A stretch of 64,000 nucleotides of DNA from Anthoceros angustus (lineage: Eukaryota > Plantae > Anthocerotophyta): contig VJWM01000172.1 of assembly GCA_010909165.1 (NCBI GenBank), positions 186,001-250,000 of the forward strand. The letters run 5' to 3'. Of this stretch, positions 51,101 to 63,490 are shown in pieces (position 1 is the first letter of the stretch; each line of letters opens with the position of its first letter). The notes under the pieces were generated by a model. The model made no database searches. It saw only the letters and a list, made by a program, of their open reading frames with translations, and was not told the DNA's origin. The translations under genes were made by a program, and so were the position numbers.

Positions 51101-51382
51101 TGACCTGCGAATGCCTTGTGAATTGGGCCTGAAAAATACGTTGCTGATGCAATAATCGCCCACCAACGTCCTCAGCACCAGAATGGCGTCTCCTTGAGTG
51201 GAGGAGGCACCTCGAATGCCACCGCTCCGGATTGGAGAGGCAGATCTGCAAATACCCTGAAGATTGGGCCTGGAAGAGACGTTGCTGATGCTGTAATCGC
51301 CCACCAACGTCCTCAGCACCAGAATGGCGTCGCCCTGAGTGGAGGAGGCGCCTCAAATACCCCCGCTCTGGATTGAAGAGGC
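51101..51382. repeat. 141-bp tandem duplication
   Basis: GTTGCTGATGC..AATCGCCCACCAACGTCCTCAGCACCAGAATGGCGTC..GAGTGGAGGAGGC at 51140 and 51281. Confidence 0.88.
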
Positions 51383-52065
51383 GCCCTTGAAAGATCAGTC
51401 TTTGAAATGAAGGGATCCGCTGCGCAATGGCAGGAATCACGAGATTTCTTGAAGATTTCTTGGCCAGCCCAGTTTGCGCTGGCTGGGAGCCTGTAAATCG
51501 AGCCTTGGCGCCTTGTAGGGAAGCACGCGCTGAGCAAAAAACACACAGATCTGATCGATCTTGGATTTCCAGATTGCAAGGGTTCACAAAGTGCTTTCCT
51601 CCCTAACCGTGGCGCGCTCCAAGCACGATTTCGAAGACTACCCTCTGTTCCTTGCCCCACGGTCCTCATTCTCGCGCTCGCCATCATCTCCACGCTCCGC
51701 CCAACTCGATTTCCAGCTGATGTTTGCGCCATGATGCGAAAGCAACCCTCACGCTTGGTGGTGCTCCTCCCATGTTGATCAGGTGCCTTGTTTGGGTTTG
51801 GGTCCAGTTTGGTTTCACACCTAAACTAAGTGGCTTTTTCTAGCCTACCTAGTTATCCGTTCATAACGGATCTATTTCCAATAACTAGTATTTAAAGGAA
51901 ATGAATCCTTGGACTATGGGCCAATCAAAATAAAGGATATGTTTTCATGTCCTTGGTTAATGAAAATGCCTAACCAAACGTAGTATATAAAAGCAAGCAT
52001 ACATCGAGTTCACATTCTTTGCATGCGTGCCTTAGTTCTTGTATCTTGACGTTGTGGTCATTGCG

Positions 52066-52225
52066 GCGATCCGGCGATCCATTGTGGGGCCATGTCCCAT
52101 GGGGGCGATCCCGGTCCCGGGTGTGGGGCGCCATGTCCCATGGGCGATCCCGGTATCCCGGGTGTGGGGCCATGTCCCATTTGGGGCGGTCCCCGTCCAG
52201 TGGATGCCATGTCCCATGTCTGGGA
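52066..52225. repeat. Second GCCATGTCCCA motif cluster
   Basis: GGCGATCCGGCGATCC followed by four GCCATGTCCCA-type units, same orientation as the 49745 cluster. Confidence 0.85.
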
Positions 52226-52480
52226 CGGTCTTGGCAACCTCCTGACACCCCGTCGACACCGAGGCCAAAGCGCGCAAGTACAGCGGGCAGGAGGAAAGGA
52301 GGGAGCATAGAAGGCCGTGGAAGAGGAGGGAGAGTAAAGGGGAGCTCGCGCGTGGAAGGGGGAAGAGTGATGGAGGAGGACAGGAGTGCGGTGGTGGCGG
52401 GGAGCGGTGAGGGCGGAGGCGACGCGGCCGGAGGCGCCATGGTGGAGGGCACTCTGTCCATGCCCATGCCCATGCCCATG

Positions 52481-52590
52481 GCGATGGCGATGGCGATGGC
52501 GATGGCGATGGCGATGGCGATGGCGATGGCGATGGCGATGGCGATGGCGATGCGATGGCGATGGCGATAGCGATGGCGATGGCGATAGCG
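52481..52590. repeat. (GCGATG)n microsatellite inside a very GC-rich block (about 52380-53570) with internal 70-120 bp repeats
   Basis: 12 perfect units at 52481-52552, then imperfect units. GCAGCGAAGGGGAGGATTGC..GGACACCGTGCTCTCCCCTTGGCGATGGC at ~52670 and ~52915. Confidence 0.92.
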
Positions 52591-54222
52591 GCGGAAGTGG
52601 GTGGTGGGGCGCCATGGGGAGGGCATGCCCTACGCCATGGCGATGGCGGCGGCGATGGCGGCAGCGGGCGGCAGCGAAGGGGAGGATTGCAGGAGAGAAG
52701 GCGGGGAGGACACCGTGCTCTCCCCTTGGCGATGGCGGCGGCGGCGGCAAGGCGGCGGCGCAGGGGAGGGCGTGCCTCCTGGCGATGGCGACAAGCGGAG
52801 GGGAGGTCATGCGGCGGCCGGAGGCGCTGGGAGGCACCATGCCCTCCCATTGGCGATGGCGGCGGCGGCGGCGGCGGCGCCATGGGGAGGCGTGTGCCTC
52901 CCAGCTATGGAGGCGGCAGCGAAGGGGAGGATTGCGGCGAGAGAAGGCGGGGAGGACACCGTGCTCTCCCCTTGGCGATGGCATCGGCGGTGGTGGCGGC
53001 ACCATGGGGAGGCGTGTGCCTCCCACAGCGATGGAGGCGGCGGAGGGAGGCGGCGGCGAAACAGCGGAGGGAGTGCACCGTGCCTCCCTTGGAGATGGCG
53101 GTGATGGCGGCGGTGAGTTGGCGGGGAGGCGGGCTCCTCCACCCTCAAGGCGGGGAGGGCATGGCCTCCCGGTGCCTCCCATCACTGCCCCCTCGCCACC
53201 TGCCACCTCCCACCTCCATCGCCCGAGGCAGGCATTGGCGGCGGGGGGACCCGTGTTAGTGGGCGCAGGGGAGGGCACCGTCCCTCCTCCTGGCGATGGG
53301 CGAGGCGACTGGGCGGAGGCTGGTGGGTTGCGTTCTTGCCACGCGCCCGAGGCCAAGCTCGTGCATGGCGGTGGCGGTTCATGCCGCCATGGAGCCGAGG
53401 CCGAGCTCGGGCATGGTGGCGAGGCGATGGCGCCCACCCAACCCGAGGCCGGCCGAAGGCGTGGCGATGGCGACAATTACGGCAGCGGCATGCATGGTGT
53501 GGATGGAGGCGACGCCGTGCAGGCGGCGGACGAAGAGCCAACGCCTGCAGTGCTGGCGGCAATCACGGTAGGGGAGTGGGATTGGTTTTTTGCTTTTTGT
53601 TAGGGGGGCCGAAGCACGCGCCGTAGGAAGGCCGCAATAGGAGATAGAGTTTGATGCAAGTTGTGCAACTTTGCGATGTGTGCAATGGACATCCTTTTTT
53701 TATGAATGGAATAGCTCCCCTTTGCTGTAAACTTCGGCTCGTTGCAGGGACCCTAAACATTCTTGGTGAGGTTGTTGGGTAGACGCTGGTGGTGGTGTGG
53801 CTAATTGCTGCAGATGCTGAAAGGTTCACATATAGCTGTGGCTGATGGCTGCTAATGCTGCAATATGTGGTGCTGCCCTCTGCAATCGTCAGCCTTCATG
53901 TTAGAGGACATTGAGGAGGTGCCTTCTCTGTATGAGCAGTTGCCTGCGAGTCTGGGCGAGGCAATGGCATCCATTCTTGCAGCCTGGGCGCGTCTTTAGT
54001 CGCTTATAGCCTGAACATTTCAGCAGCTTAATCTGAACGTTCATCTTAATCTACGGGAGCAGGCTGAAGAAGTGGCGTTGGTCACGGTATTCTTACTTAG
54101 CTGTTGCAGTGGGCCTTGAGCAGGACATTATGAGCAAGCACTGGTCTACTTCCGCCCCACCCCTGCTTCACCAATGTAGCGATCGATTTGTCTCTGGAGC
54201 CTACACTCCTGTCAACAAACTT

Positions 54223-54331
54223 GGCCCGCTCTAGATTTTTTTTATTTTTTAATTTGGTATTTTGAAAATAAATCAAAACAACCCCGGGGGAGAAATCTTC
54301 AGCAAGGGTTTATCTAGGGCCCGCTCTAGAT
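54223..54331 (-). mobile_element. Short retroposed insertion with a 13-14 bp target-site duplication and A-rich tail
   Basis: GGCCCGCTCTAGA(T) at 54223 and 54318 flanks ~81 bp that begin with T8-A-T6 (a polyA-like tail on the minus strand). Confidence 0.7.
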
Positions 54332-55339
54332 GTCCGTCTTGTTGTGAGGCCTGTATTCCTTGGCTGCACATCTCACGTGATTGTGTCATCATTCATGGGC
54401 ATTAGAGTCTCTGCTGGTATGAGCTCGACATTTGTTGATGTCTTGAGCTAGGGAGCAATTCGAGCTCGCACAACAATGTAGGTAGCTGGTTTCTTTGGGC
54501 TGCAGTTGTGAGCATTTCAATCGGTTTGGCATGTTTCTTTGAGCTATCATTTCATTATGTTAAGGTTGCTCCTACTTCATAGTGCCCCGCTAAGTCTACT
54601 TGTTAGCATTACATGTAATGCAAGGAACACCTTGTACAAGGTGTTTCTTGCAACCTGCTGTGATCTGGCCGAGGTTGCTGCACTGAATTACACCTTAAAG
54701 GTTATTGTTGTATTCATCAATTCAGAGATGGGGCTGCTGCTTTTCACATGTATCCAACAGATGAGTTGCAGGGCAACATGTTGTTGTGAAGGTGGAAACC
54801 ACTTGAAAAGCTACTATCGAAGAGAACTCTTTGCATACTCCTGATCAAAAGTTTCTCAAGACCATGCACCACTCTTGTAAGAAATGAAGCCATGCACCAG
54901 TCATGCATTGACCAATCACGCATCAGCGCTATCAAAGACCGTGCATCACTCTCCAATCCATTGTCATGCATCAGTTTGGCGTGATCCTTTGAGCTACCAT
55001 TTCTGTCTCTTCTTCTCTTGATCACAGCATTCACGAGCTCGCTGATTGGTGCAGATGGCGGAAGCCCAAGTCGTGTTGTACCTAAGGGTGTAGTTTGGGA
55101 TCGGCTGATGGCTAGCTGTAGTAAACTGGTGGGATTGCAAGGTCTCTATGTATAGCAGACTCGATAGTATGGAAGGGCTGGAATCATGGTGTTGTTCAAG
55201 GACTTGGGCATGATGTGGGGATTGAAGTTGTTTGGACGATGTTTAGTGCACCCAAATGTATTGAGAGGTATGCCAGTTGCTGTGAAGGCCCTGCCTCTAA
55301 AGCTCTGAAGGCGGCTTCCATGTTCCTGCACCATCCCCT

Positions 55340-55517
55340 CTTCCTGTTTCGAGCAGGATCGTGCTTCTTTCTATTTCGAGTAGGATCGTGCTTAATCCTG
55401 TTTCGAGCAGAATCGTGCTTCTTCCTGTTTCGAGCAGGATCGTGCTTCTTCCTCTTTCGAGCAGAATCATGCTTCTTCCTGTTTCGAGCAGGATCGTGCT
55501 TCTTCCTGTTTCGAGCA
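55340..55517. repeat. 27-bp minisatellite x6.6
   Basis: CTTCCTGTTTCGAGCAGGATCGTGCTT units at 55340, 55367, 55394, 55421, 55448 and 55475, partial at 55502. Confidence 0.95.
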
Positions 55518-56469
55518 TCGCGGGTTCCCCAACAAAAACACGATTCCAATGTCCCTAGCTGAGAAGATGCGGATACGACCGCGGGCATGTGCAGGGTTTG
55601 CAAACCATGGCAGTGCCGGCGCTCGTGGCCGTCATTGCTTGGAAGACAATGGCTACGGCCCGAGGTAGGGTTTGGCAACCAGATGGGGTGGCCGGTGCTG
55701 CGGCCGGCTTCGGGTTTGGCGGCCATGGGATAGCATCGAAGAAAACATAATCGCAGAAGGTAGAGCGGAGGAACTCTGAAAACATAGTGTCTCGGCTCTT
55801 TATTTTCAAGTTGCAAGGATTGAAACATTTTCAAGCACACACAGAGAATGAGTGTGTGTCCCCTTTGATGTTTGGCCGCTCTTGGTTAGGGCCCCAAAGC
55901 GGACATTTCAGCATGTGCTATGAGGGTGAAGCGCCGTACAGGAATCAATGGACTATTCTTCAAGATGCCTACGCGTAGTAGGGGTTTCACGCGAAAAAAA
56001 ATGCCCCATCCCCTCTGTCCTCTTTGGTATGCCATAAATAGTATAGAGGAGATTTGATGTTTTTTTATCTCCCCATCCAAGCATCGCGTTTTATGATTTA
56101 TGCCTAGCTTTAAGGGAAAGGAAAGGTTTTTGTAACAACATGATATTTATTTTATATTTTTATTAAAAATAATTCAAATTTCATAGAAGACAGAGAATTT
56201 TGCAAAGCCTAAAACCACTCAGTTCTTTTGGGGTTCAGTACTCATGGGGCAAGCGAAAAAAAAAATGGTGCAAGCGAGCGTTTACACAAAAAATAATGAA
56301 CCTATGCCTCAACCTCCGAAAGCTTTCCACAAAGCTTTCCACAAGGCTTTCCCCTCTCAATAAAAGAGAGCTGGGCTTGTTGCTTAGCAGGACAGGGCCA
56401 CATGGAGATTTGATGCCTATGAGAGTATACACATGCAAGTAATTTTGCGGAAAAGTCTAACTATCATGT

Positions 56470-59400
56470 TCACCCAGCAGATTTCTTCTGCTCCTTTTGA
56501 GACTTGGGGATTTCCTTCGTGAACATCCGAGGAGCAATGGCCATGGACATTAACTCCTGGAACAAGAGTTTACATGCGTAAGGAATATGAACCTGTACAA
56601 TGTCAGTCTTGTTCTTGCAGCCCCTGCATTCGTATGAGTTCTTCTTCAAGTTTGCAATGGCAATCAGACCGCAGTGCTCACACACGTGAACTCTGTATGC
56701 ATCACTTTGATCAAAAAGCCTCTCCTTCAAGAAGTGAGCGGCTCCATGGGCAATCATACAGTCACGTTCCATCTCCCCAAATCGCAGACCTCCATCCCGA
56801 GACCGACCTTCAGCAGGTTGCCGGGTGAGAATTTGCACTGGGCCTCGTCCTCGAGAGTGGATCTTGTCATCCACCATATGTTTCAGTCTCTGGTAATATG
56901 TCGGGCCTATGAAGATCATGGCAGCAAGTGGACGACCTGTATGTCCATTATACATCCGCTCAAAACCTCTCATTTGGTATCCACACTTGTGGAGTGCTTT
57001 ACTGATGTTATCCACTGTAACATCGGTAAAAGGAGTGGCATCACCTTCTTTTCCCATGTGAGCTGCCACCTTTCCCATGATACACTCGATCAGCTGGCCA
57101 ATTGTCATACGAGAGGGAATAGCATGCGGATTGACAATGATGTCAGGGGTGATGCCTTCACAAGTCCAGGGCATATCCTCCTGGGTGTAAGTCATCCCCA
57201 CTGTACCCTTCTGCCCATGCCTACTGCTGAACTTGTCTCCAATCTGCGGCACGCGAATGGAACGGACCCTGACTTTCACAAACCTGAGCCCATCAGCATT
57301 TGTTGTCAGCAGGACCTGGTCAATCATCCCACTCTCACTGTGGCGGAGACACGTGCTTTGGTCCCGTTTTGAGTATTTCTGAGCCTGACCACTTTGGTCT
57401 TCACCTTGCAGGGGGGAGGTTTTTCCTATGATGACATCTTCACCAGAAACCCTTGTTCCTGGAGGGGCCAGACCATCAAGATCCAGCTTGTCATAGGAGC
57501 CATGACGCATCCCTGTCGTATTCTCTCTGTTTGGCCTCTCAAACTCCTCCTTCACCAAAGTCCCTTGCTTCTTCTCCTCATCTCTGTAAGAACGGTAGAA
57601 GATGGACCGGAAGAAGCCACGGTCGATGGAAGACTGATTCATGATAACAGAATCCTCCTGATTGTACCCAGAGTAGCAGGCGATGGCCACAATAGCATTG
57701 ATGCCTGCAGGGAGCTGCCTAAAATGCAGGTGCTCCATGGCCCGGGTGGTTACAAGTGGCTTCTGTGGGTAGTACAACACATATGCCAGGGTGTCCATGC
57801 GCAGCTGATAATTGGTGACGTATATCCCCATAGCTTGCTTTCCCATGGCAGACTGATAGGTGTTCCTCGGACTCTGATTGTGGTCAGGAAACGGAATAAT
57901 GGACCCACAGACTCCCAGAATCATGGACGGGTGAATTTCACAGTGTGTGTACGTATCTGAGTAAGCCTCATCTGGCACATTTCTTGCATTCACAAGATCT
58001 GCAATAGTCATGGAAATCATAGTAGTTTCCTCTTCTTCAGTGTCCACATACTCAATGAACCCCTTATCCACAAGGACATTCCAACCACCAGCTGTATTCT
58101 CCCTCTGCTGCAAGGCACGAATATCTGACTTCTTTATGAGGAGCCTCTGCTTGTCGACAATAAACAATGGGCGACTGCAGCGCCCATAATCTGTGTACAG
58201 CCGCAGTTCCCTAAGTCGAATATCACGCACCACTCCTACCTCAGGGTTGACATCAACCTGTCGCCTCAAGGAGCGGAGAGTCCTAACAAGCAAATCAGGA
58301 TCACGATGGATGCCCACCCAGGAACCATTTACAAAAACTTTGGTGGAGCTGGGAATCACGGCTGGCGATATCTCCTCAAAACCCTCTGTGCTCCACTCGT
58401 CCAAAAACTCCAAAATGGGGTTGGCCACAGAACCTACAGTGATGTAGGCCATGAGAGCCAGATTCTTCACCAAACCACAAGCCTGGCCCTCCGGAGTTTC
58501 AGCAGGGCACATCATTCCCCAGTGGGAGTTATGCAGCTGCCTCGGCTTTGCTAGCTTCCCTTCACGACCAATCGGGGAATTCAACCTCCGCAGATGGGAG
58601 AGAGTAGAAGCATACGTCAGCCTATTCAACACCTGCGACACTCCAGCTCTCACACCTGCAGTGTTAGCCTGACCCCAGTTCCCCGTTGCCAGCGAATACT
58701 TGAGACCACTAGTGATAGTTTTAGCTTTCACTGCATATGCCAGATTGATATCCTTCCCACTGTCAACACACTTCTGCAGATAGCTGCGCACATCCTTGGT
58801 CAGTTTCCGAAACAACATCCGAAATAGCCCTCCCAACAGGGGCCCGGCAAGATCCAGGCGCTTATTACCATAATGATCCCTGTCATCCTCTGCACGACGG
58901 CCTAGGGCACACAGTAGCAGCCTGTGAATAATGTACCCGAAAAAATAGGCCTTCTTGGTCTCAAAAAACTCCCCCACACCCACATGAGGCAGCATCTCCT
59001 TTTGCAAAATCTCCTTGGCATACTTGATACGCTTCTCCTTGGTCACTCCCACCGTGGACCCCCTCTTCCCGATGTAATCCAGAGCCACCTGCTGATTCTG
59101 AATGACAAAAGCCTCCTCCAAAGAAGGCCGCAACAGCTCCATCATGGCAATATCGTTGAAGTCATAGCATATGTGCTCCAAAATATCCTTATCAGCCACG
59201 AACCCCAAAGCCCTGAAAACAACGATAATAGGAATTTCGGTTCGAATGTAGGGCAGCGTGGCGCGAATGTACTGCCCCGAGGACCCCCCCTTGGCCCCCG
59301 CTCTGGACAGCATCCGCACGAACATACTACTGGCCGGCCGGTTCTGATTCTCAGCCATAGACCGCACCTCGGCAACGAAAGCGTACTTGTTCGGCTGCCG

Positions 59401-60078
59401 CTTCTTAAACACATACACATGGTTTGTGCTCATCTTCTCCTGCGCGATCAAAACCTTCTCACTCCCGTTGATAATGAAGTACCCGCCCTGGTCATAAGGA
59501 CACTCTCCCAGCTCCGTCAGGTCCTTGTCCGAATTCCCATGCAAAGTGCAATTCCGCGACCTCAGCATGATGGGAACCTTGCCGATGTACACCTTGGGGA
59601 GCTCCTCCTGCTCCACCTCCTCCTCCCCGTCGTCCCCCTTCCTGATCACCTTCTTCACCACGTCCATGTACAGGGGCGCGGAGTAGGTCAGGTTCCGCAG
59701 CCGAGCTGCCTTAGGGAAGAGCGTGGCCGTCTCGCCGTCCGACTCCGTCATCATCGGCCTGCTCAGGTAGATCTGCCCGAAGTTGATCTTGTACAGCGTC
59801 TCCGCATCCGCCTCCGCATTCCTCCCCGGATTGTGCTGCGACTCGGACCGGATTTCGATGTCCGCCGACTCGTCCACGATCTCCTGCATCGTGTTCAGGA
59901 TGAATTCGTCGAAGGAATCCAGCTGCTGCCTCACCAGCCCCTTCTCCTCGAAGAAGGCGCTGATCACAGCCCACGCATCTTCCTGAGTTATCTCCTCGCT
60001 TTCCTCCTCATCGTCTTCGTCCATCTCCACTTCCCCTCCCTCTCCTTCGTACTCATCCTCCTCCTCCCCCCCATACAT
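56470..60078 (-). CDS. NRPB2: RNA polymerase II second-largest subunit, copy 2, intronless (1202 aa)
   Basis: One uninterrupted ORF with all RPB2 motifs. The track start at 60105 is GTG; the first ATG is 60078 (MYGGEEED). Confidence 0.98.
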   Translation of the reverse strand: MYGGEEEDEYEGEGGEVEMDEDDEEESEEITQEDAWAVISAFFEEKGLVRQQLDSFDEFILNTMQEIVDESADIEIRSESQHNPGRNAEADAETLYKINFGQIYLSRPMMTESDGETATLFPKAARLRNLTYSAPLYMDVVKKVIRKGDDGEEEVEQEELPKVYIGKVPIMLRSRNCTLHGNSDKDLTELGECPYDQGGYFIINGSEKVLIAQEKMSTNHVYVFKKRQPNKYAFVAEVRSMAENQNRPASSMFVRMLSRAGAKGGSSGQYIRATLPYIRTEIPIIVVFRALGFVADKDILEHICYDFNDIAMMELLRPSLEEAFVIQNQQVALDYIGKRGSTVGVTKEKRIKYAKEILQKEMLPHVGVGEFFETKKAYFFGYIIHRLLLCALGRRAEDDRDHYGNKRLDLAGPLLGGLFRMLFRKLTKDVRSYLQKCVDSGKDINLAYAVKAKTITSGLKYSLATGNWGQANTAGVRAGVSQVLNRLTYASTLSHLRRLNSPIGREGKLAKPRQLHNSHWGMMCPAETPEGQACGLVKNLALMAYITVGSVANPILEFLDEWSTEGFEEISPAVIPSSTKVFVNGSWVGIHRDPDLLVRTLRSLRRQVDVNPEVGVVRDIRLRELRLYTDYGRCSRPLFIVDKQRLLIKKSDIRALQQRENTAGGWNVLVDKGFIEYVDTEEEETTMISMTIADLVNARNVPDEAYSDTYTHCEIHPSMILGVCGSIIPFPDHNQSPRNTYQSAMGKQAMGIYVTNYQLRMDTLAYVLYYPQKPLVTTRAMEHLHFRQLPAGINAIVAIACYSGYNQEDSVIMNQSSIDRGFFRSIFYRSYRDEEKKQGTLVKEEFERPNRENTTGMRHGSYDKLDLDGLAPPGTRVSGEDVIIGKTSPLQGEDQSGQAQKYSKRDQSTCLRHSESGMIDQVLLTTNADGLRFVKVRVRSIRVPQIGDKFSSRHGQKGTVGMTYTQEDMPWTCEGITPDIIVNPHAIPSRMTIGQLIECIMGKVAAHMGKEGDATPFTDVTVDNISKALHKCGYQMRGFERMYNGHTGRPLAAMIFIGPTYYQRLKHMVDDKIHSRGRGPVQILTRQPAEGRSRDGGLRFGEMERDCMIAHGAAHFLKERLFDQSDAYRVHVCEHCGLIAIANLKKNSYECRGCKNKTDIVQVHIPYACKLLFQELMSMAIAPRMFTKEIPKSQKEQKKSAG

Positions 60079-60166
60079 CTTTCCTTTCCTTTTGTTCCCT
60101 TCCACTCTCAGCTAGACGTTCTTGTCGGCGAGTGCCGCAAGTAAGGGGGACTGTCACCCCCTCGCG

Positions 60167-60176
60167 TATTTATATA
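60167..60176 (-). promoter_or_regulatory. TATA box of RPB2 copy 2
   Basis: TATATAAATA on the minus strand about 90 bp upstream of the ATG. Confidence 0.6.
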
Positions 60177-60285
60177 GACGGCGTTCGGTGATGAAAACCT
60201 AACTTCGTGGACCTGCCTTGAAGAAACGGTCGCTCACCGAGATCCTGCTTCGAAACTTCAAAGCCAAGTCACTCACATCCTAAAA

Positions 60286-60620
60286 CATCCATATCAAGGC
60301 ATAAAATTCGGTAATCGAGACCAAGGCCCAGATTCTCCGATTGAGACGTTCGGGATAGCTTTTCGAGTCACTTAAACCTACATCCATATATAGGCATAAA
60401 ATTGGGTAGCCGAGGATGACCAAAGCGACAGCTACATCCTAAAACATATGGCCATATATAGGCATAAAATTGGGTAAGCGAGAATGACCAAAGAGACACT
60501 CTCAACAACAAGGATTCTTTAATTGAGACGTTCGAGGATAGCTTTCCAAGAGAGTGTAGAAATTTGAGACCAAGACCTAGATGAGACTCCATTTGATACG
60601 TTCGAGGATAGCTTTTCAAG
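60286..60620. repeat. Two-motif mosaic repeat upstream of RPB2 copy 2
   Basis: CATAT..AGGCATAAAATT.GGTA x3 (~60289, ~60384, ~60454) interleaved with TTGA.ACGTTCG(A)GGATAGCTTT x3 (~60341, ~60522, ~60593). Confidence 0.8.
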
Positions 60621-60929
60621 AAAATAAGGCGTTTGTATGATGTTTTTAATTAAATAATATTTTGTATTTAATATATATTTTTAGTTTTATAAAATATTTA
60701 AAGTTTTATAGAAACTTTTGGTGTATCCTACTTGTGAAACTTATGATGTGGATGCAAGTCAACCATCTGTTAATATGTCTTCAACCACCAGAATGATATG
60801 TAAGTCATCATGTCATCCTCGATATGGTTATAACATCATATATGAGTATTTTTCATCTTCAAAACTACGATGCTATCCATGTGTAATAAACACTTTTAAC
60901 TCTAGTATCTTGGCGGTGGCGCTAGCTTA

Positions 60930-63490
60930 CGAGGAGACCATCGCTGCTCTTCGCGCCCTTCATCCGGCAGCTTTAGCGAGGCGGGAGACTCCTCTTCGAA
61001 TTTCTCAGGTTTTGGTCGAATTTCTCAGGTTTTGGGTGCTAGCAGGTTACTAGTAGGCTATGGAGAAGCCCACCCTTGAGGTGCGCCCTTTCGCCATGGG
61101 GGAGGTGCTCTAGCAGCTTATTAATCGCAACATTGTCATCCAGCTACAGGAGCAATTCCAGGCCCATCTTAGCCCCCACCAATTCGAGATTGCTACCCAG
61201 GGGGGCTGCGAGTTGGTGGTTTTTGGGGTTGAGGCAGTTCTTGAGTCTCATCCGGATAGAGTTGCTTTACAAGTCGACGTTCAGAATGCCTTTGACACTA
61301 TCTCCAGGGCGACTATCTTCGACAAGCTCAAGGACGCAGGCGGGCTACTGGCAAGCCTTATTCCTTTTGTCCACTCATTCTATGGGTCTCACTCTAATCT
61401 CTATTATCAAAATTGGCTCTCAGTGGAGGAGGTTTTTGTACACAACTTGACGATGGGCATGAGGCAAGGGGACCCTATGGGGGGTGCCCTCTTCGCTGTG
61501 GTGCACTTTAGGGCTCTGTCATTAACTGCCTCTTCGGTTTAGGAATACTTGGATCCGTCACTGGCTAACAATACCAATATCCCTGGGCCAGGAGACAAGG
61601 CTAAGGATGCTTTTGAACTCTTCTCCTCGAAGCTCTCTCACCTAGGCCTCAAAGTCAAGATCTTAAAGTACAGGATTTGGTCCCCCGCAGGTACTTGGGC
61701 CCCTCTTCATTATCCAGAGGGGGATATTACTTCTCCGCAGGGACTTCGTATTTTCGGCATCCTGGTGGGGGCCCGGCCTTCATACAAGAATATGTACATG
61801 GACATGGCTTTGAAGGAGAATTTGGCTCAAACTAGGGATCTTTCTCAATTGGGGGACCCGCCAATGGTGTTCAATATCCTTTCTTCATACTTTGCGCGTC
61901 GGTCGGGGTGCCTTATGTGGACGGTACCTCCATCCTCAGCTTTTGTGTCTAGCTTTAGGGGCTCTAACAAACAGGTTATGCATGTGTTGGGCGACAGTAT
62001 CGGTCCGGGCACCTTCGATTGCGCTGCCGAGAATCTAGCTCAAGGCGGCAACCATCCTTACCTATTGCTTTCGGGGGCACCGGTCTGCTAGGCACAGCGG
62101 CTTCTGCGTTGGTGGCCTTTCTAAGGAGCTGAGCTCTCTCTGCCCGCATCCTAGCCTCTCGTTTCTTAGTCAAGGATTCTTGCATCTTGGAGCCTTTGTC
62201 ACGGGTGTTGAGGAGGAGCTTTCCCCCTGCAAGTGTCCTTAAGATTGGCTTGGGGATTTTTACCCTCCGAGGCTAGGGTAGCTATGCCTCATTTTTCCTC
62301 CATCCCCACGGTTGGGTCGTGTGGGCTTTAAGCATCCCTCCTTAAGAAGCAATATGGGCAGGCGCAGCTATCCCTTCTCGGGGATTCCTCCACTCCCCAG
62401 CCCACTCGAGCTCGCCTCCATTCTTCCTCAGGGTAAGTTCTTGGCTGGCCCGACCTTGCATTCGGGCTTTTCGACCTTTCGTTCGTACTTGTTTGGATAT
62501 GTTTTGACTAATCACCGACCATCAACCCTTGCATTAGTTGATGACGAATGCCAAGCTTACAAGAAAGCTGGTGAGGTGGGCTCTCATTCTCTAAGAATAT
62601 GACTTTGTCATGAAACACTAGGCAGGTAGAGCACTCTTGGTCAAGGAATCCTCTACCTCGTAGTAAGCCCCCCTCTTTTTCTACCGTGATGAGGTTCCGC
62701 CTCGGCTTGGTCCAACCCCCAGCATACTCTCTCTCAACTTGCAGTTGTGGGGCACCCCTCAACGACTCTGGAACCCACATGGCTCGCTGTCCCGCTGCTG
62801 GGCAGTACAATGCTATGCACGACGCCGTCGCGACGTCATGTTCTCGGTGGCTAAGGAGATCGGGTTCTTTCCCTAAAGGAAGCGCCCATATACCCTGCTC
62901 AGCGTTGTTTCTCTCAAGGCTGATCTGTTTTTGATCTAAGGGAACCAAGTTTCTATTGCAGATATGGTTGTAATGGACCCTACCCAGAACATCGTATGCG
63001 AGCATGTTATCCTCAACCCGCCGGGTTGGGCGGCGAAGGGATGCGCGGCAGCCAAGGTCTACAAGTACTCTCCCATGCAGGTTAGCCACACCTTCATCCC
63101 CCTTACCATCGAGACTCAGGGGTTGTGGGCAAGGATTTCTCCGGTTCATTAAGGCCTGTGCCATAGCTTTACCACAACCTCAAGAATAGGGTTGGTCTCC
63201 CCGTTTTGTTATTGTGGCTTTCTTTAGGCAACGGGTGTCCATCGCCTTGTAGAGGGCACTAGCCAACGCGAAGTATAGGTGGCAGCGAGTACAGGGGATG
63301 CGACATCTTTGGCACCAATGGTAGGTAGGCCCTTATATATTCCGAACCACGACATTCTCGGAGCGGTAGGTAGTTTTGGGTGATCGCGGAGGATAGTTCC
63401 CCTGGGCCCGGTGCCCAAATGTGGGTTGTTCCCCTTTTTCTCACGCCCGGTAGATGGAATTTCCCATCTCTTTTCTTCAGTAAAGTCTTC
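60930..63490 (+). mobile_element. Decayed CRE-like non-LTR retrotransposon (RT + Zn knuckle + RLE)
   Basis: EVRPFAMGEVL*, VALQVDVQNAFDT, GMRQGDPMGG, LGLVQP..TCSCGAPLNDSGTHMARC..MHDAV, AKVYKY..TFIPLTIETQG and FRQRVSIAL*RAL. The 3' UTR hairpin is at 63452-63469. Confidence 0.88.

Noticed and set aside
52019-53626. Many long ORFs on both strands (up to 472 aa)
   Set aside because: Products of stop-poor GC-rich repeats and the GCGATG microsatellite; low complexity, no domain.
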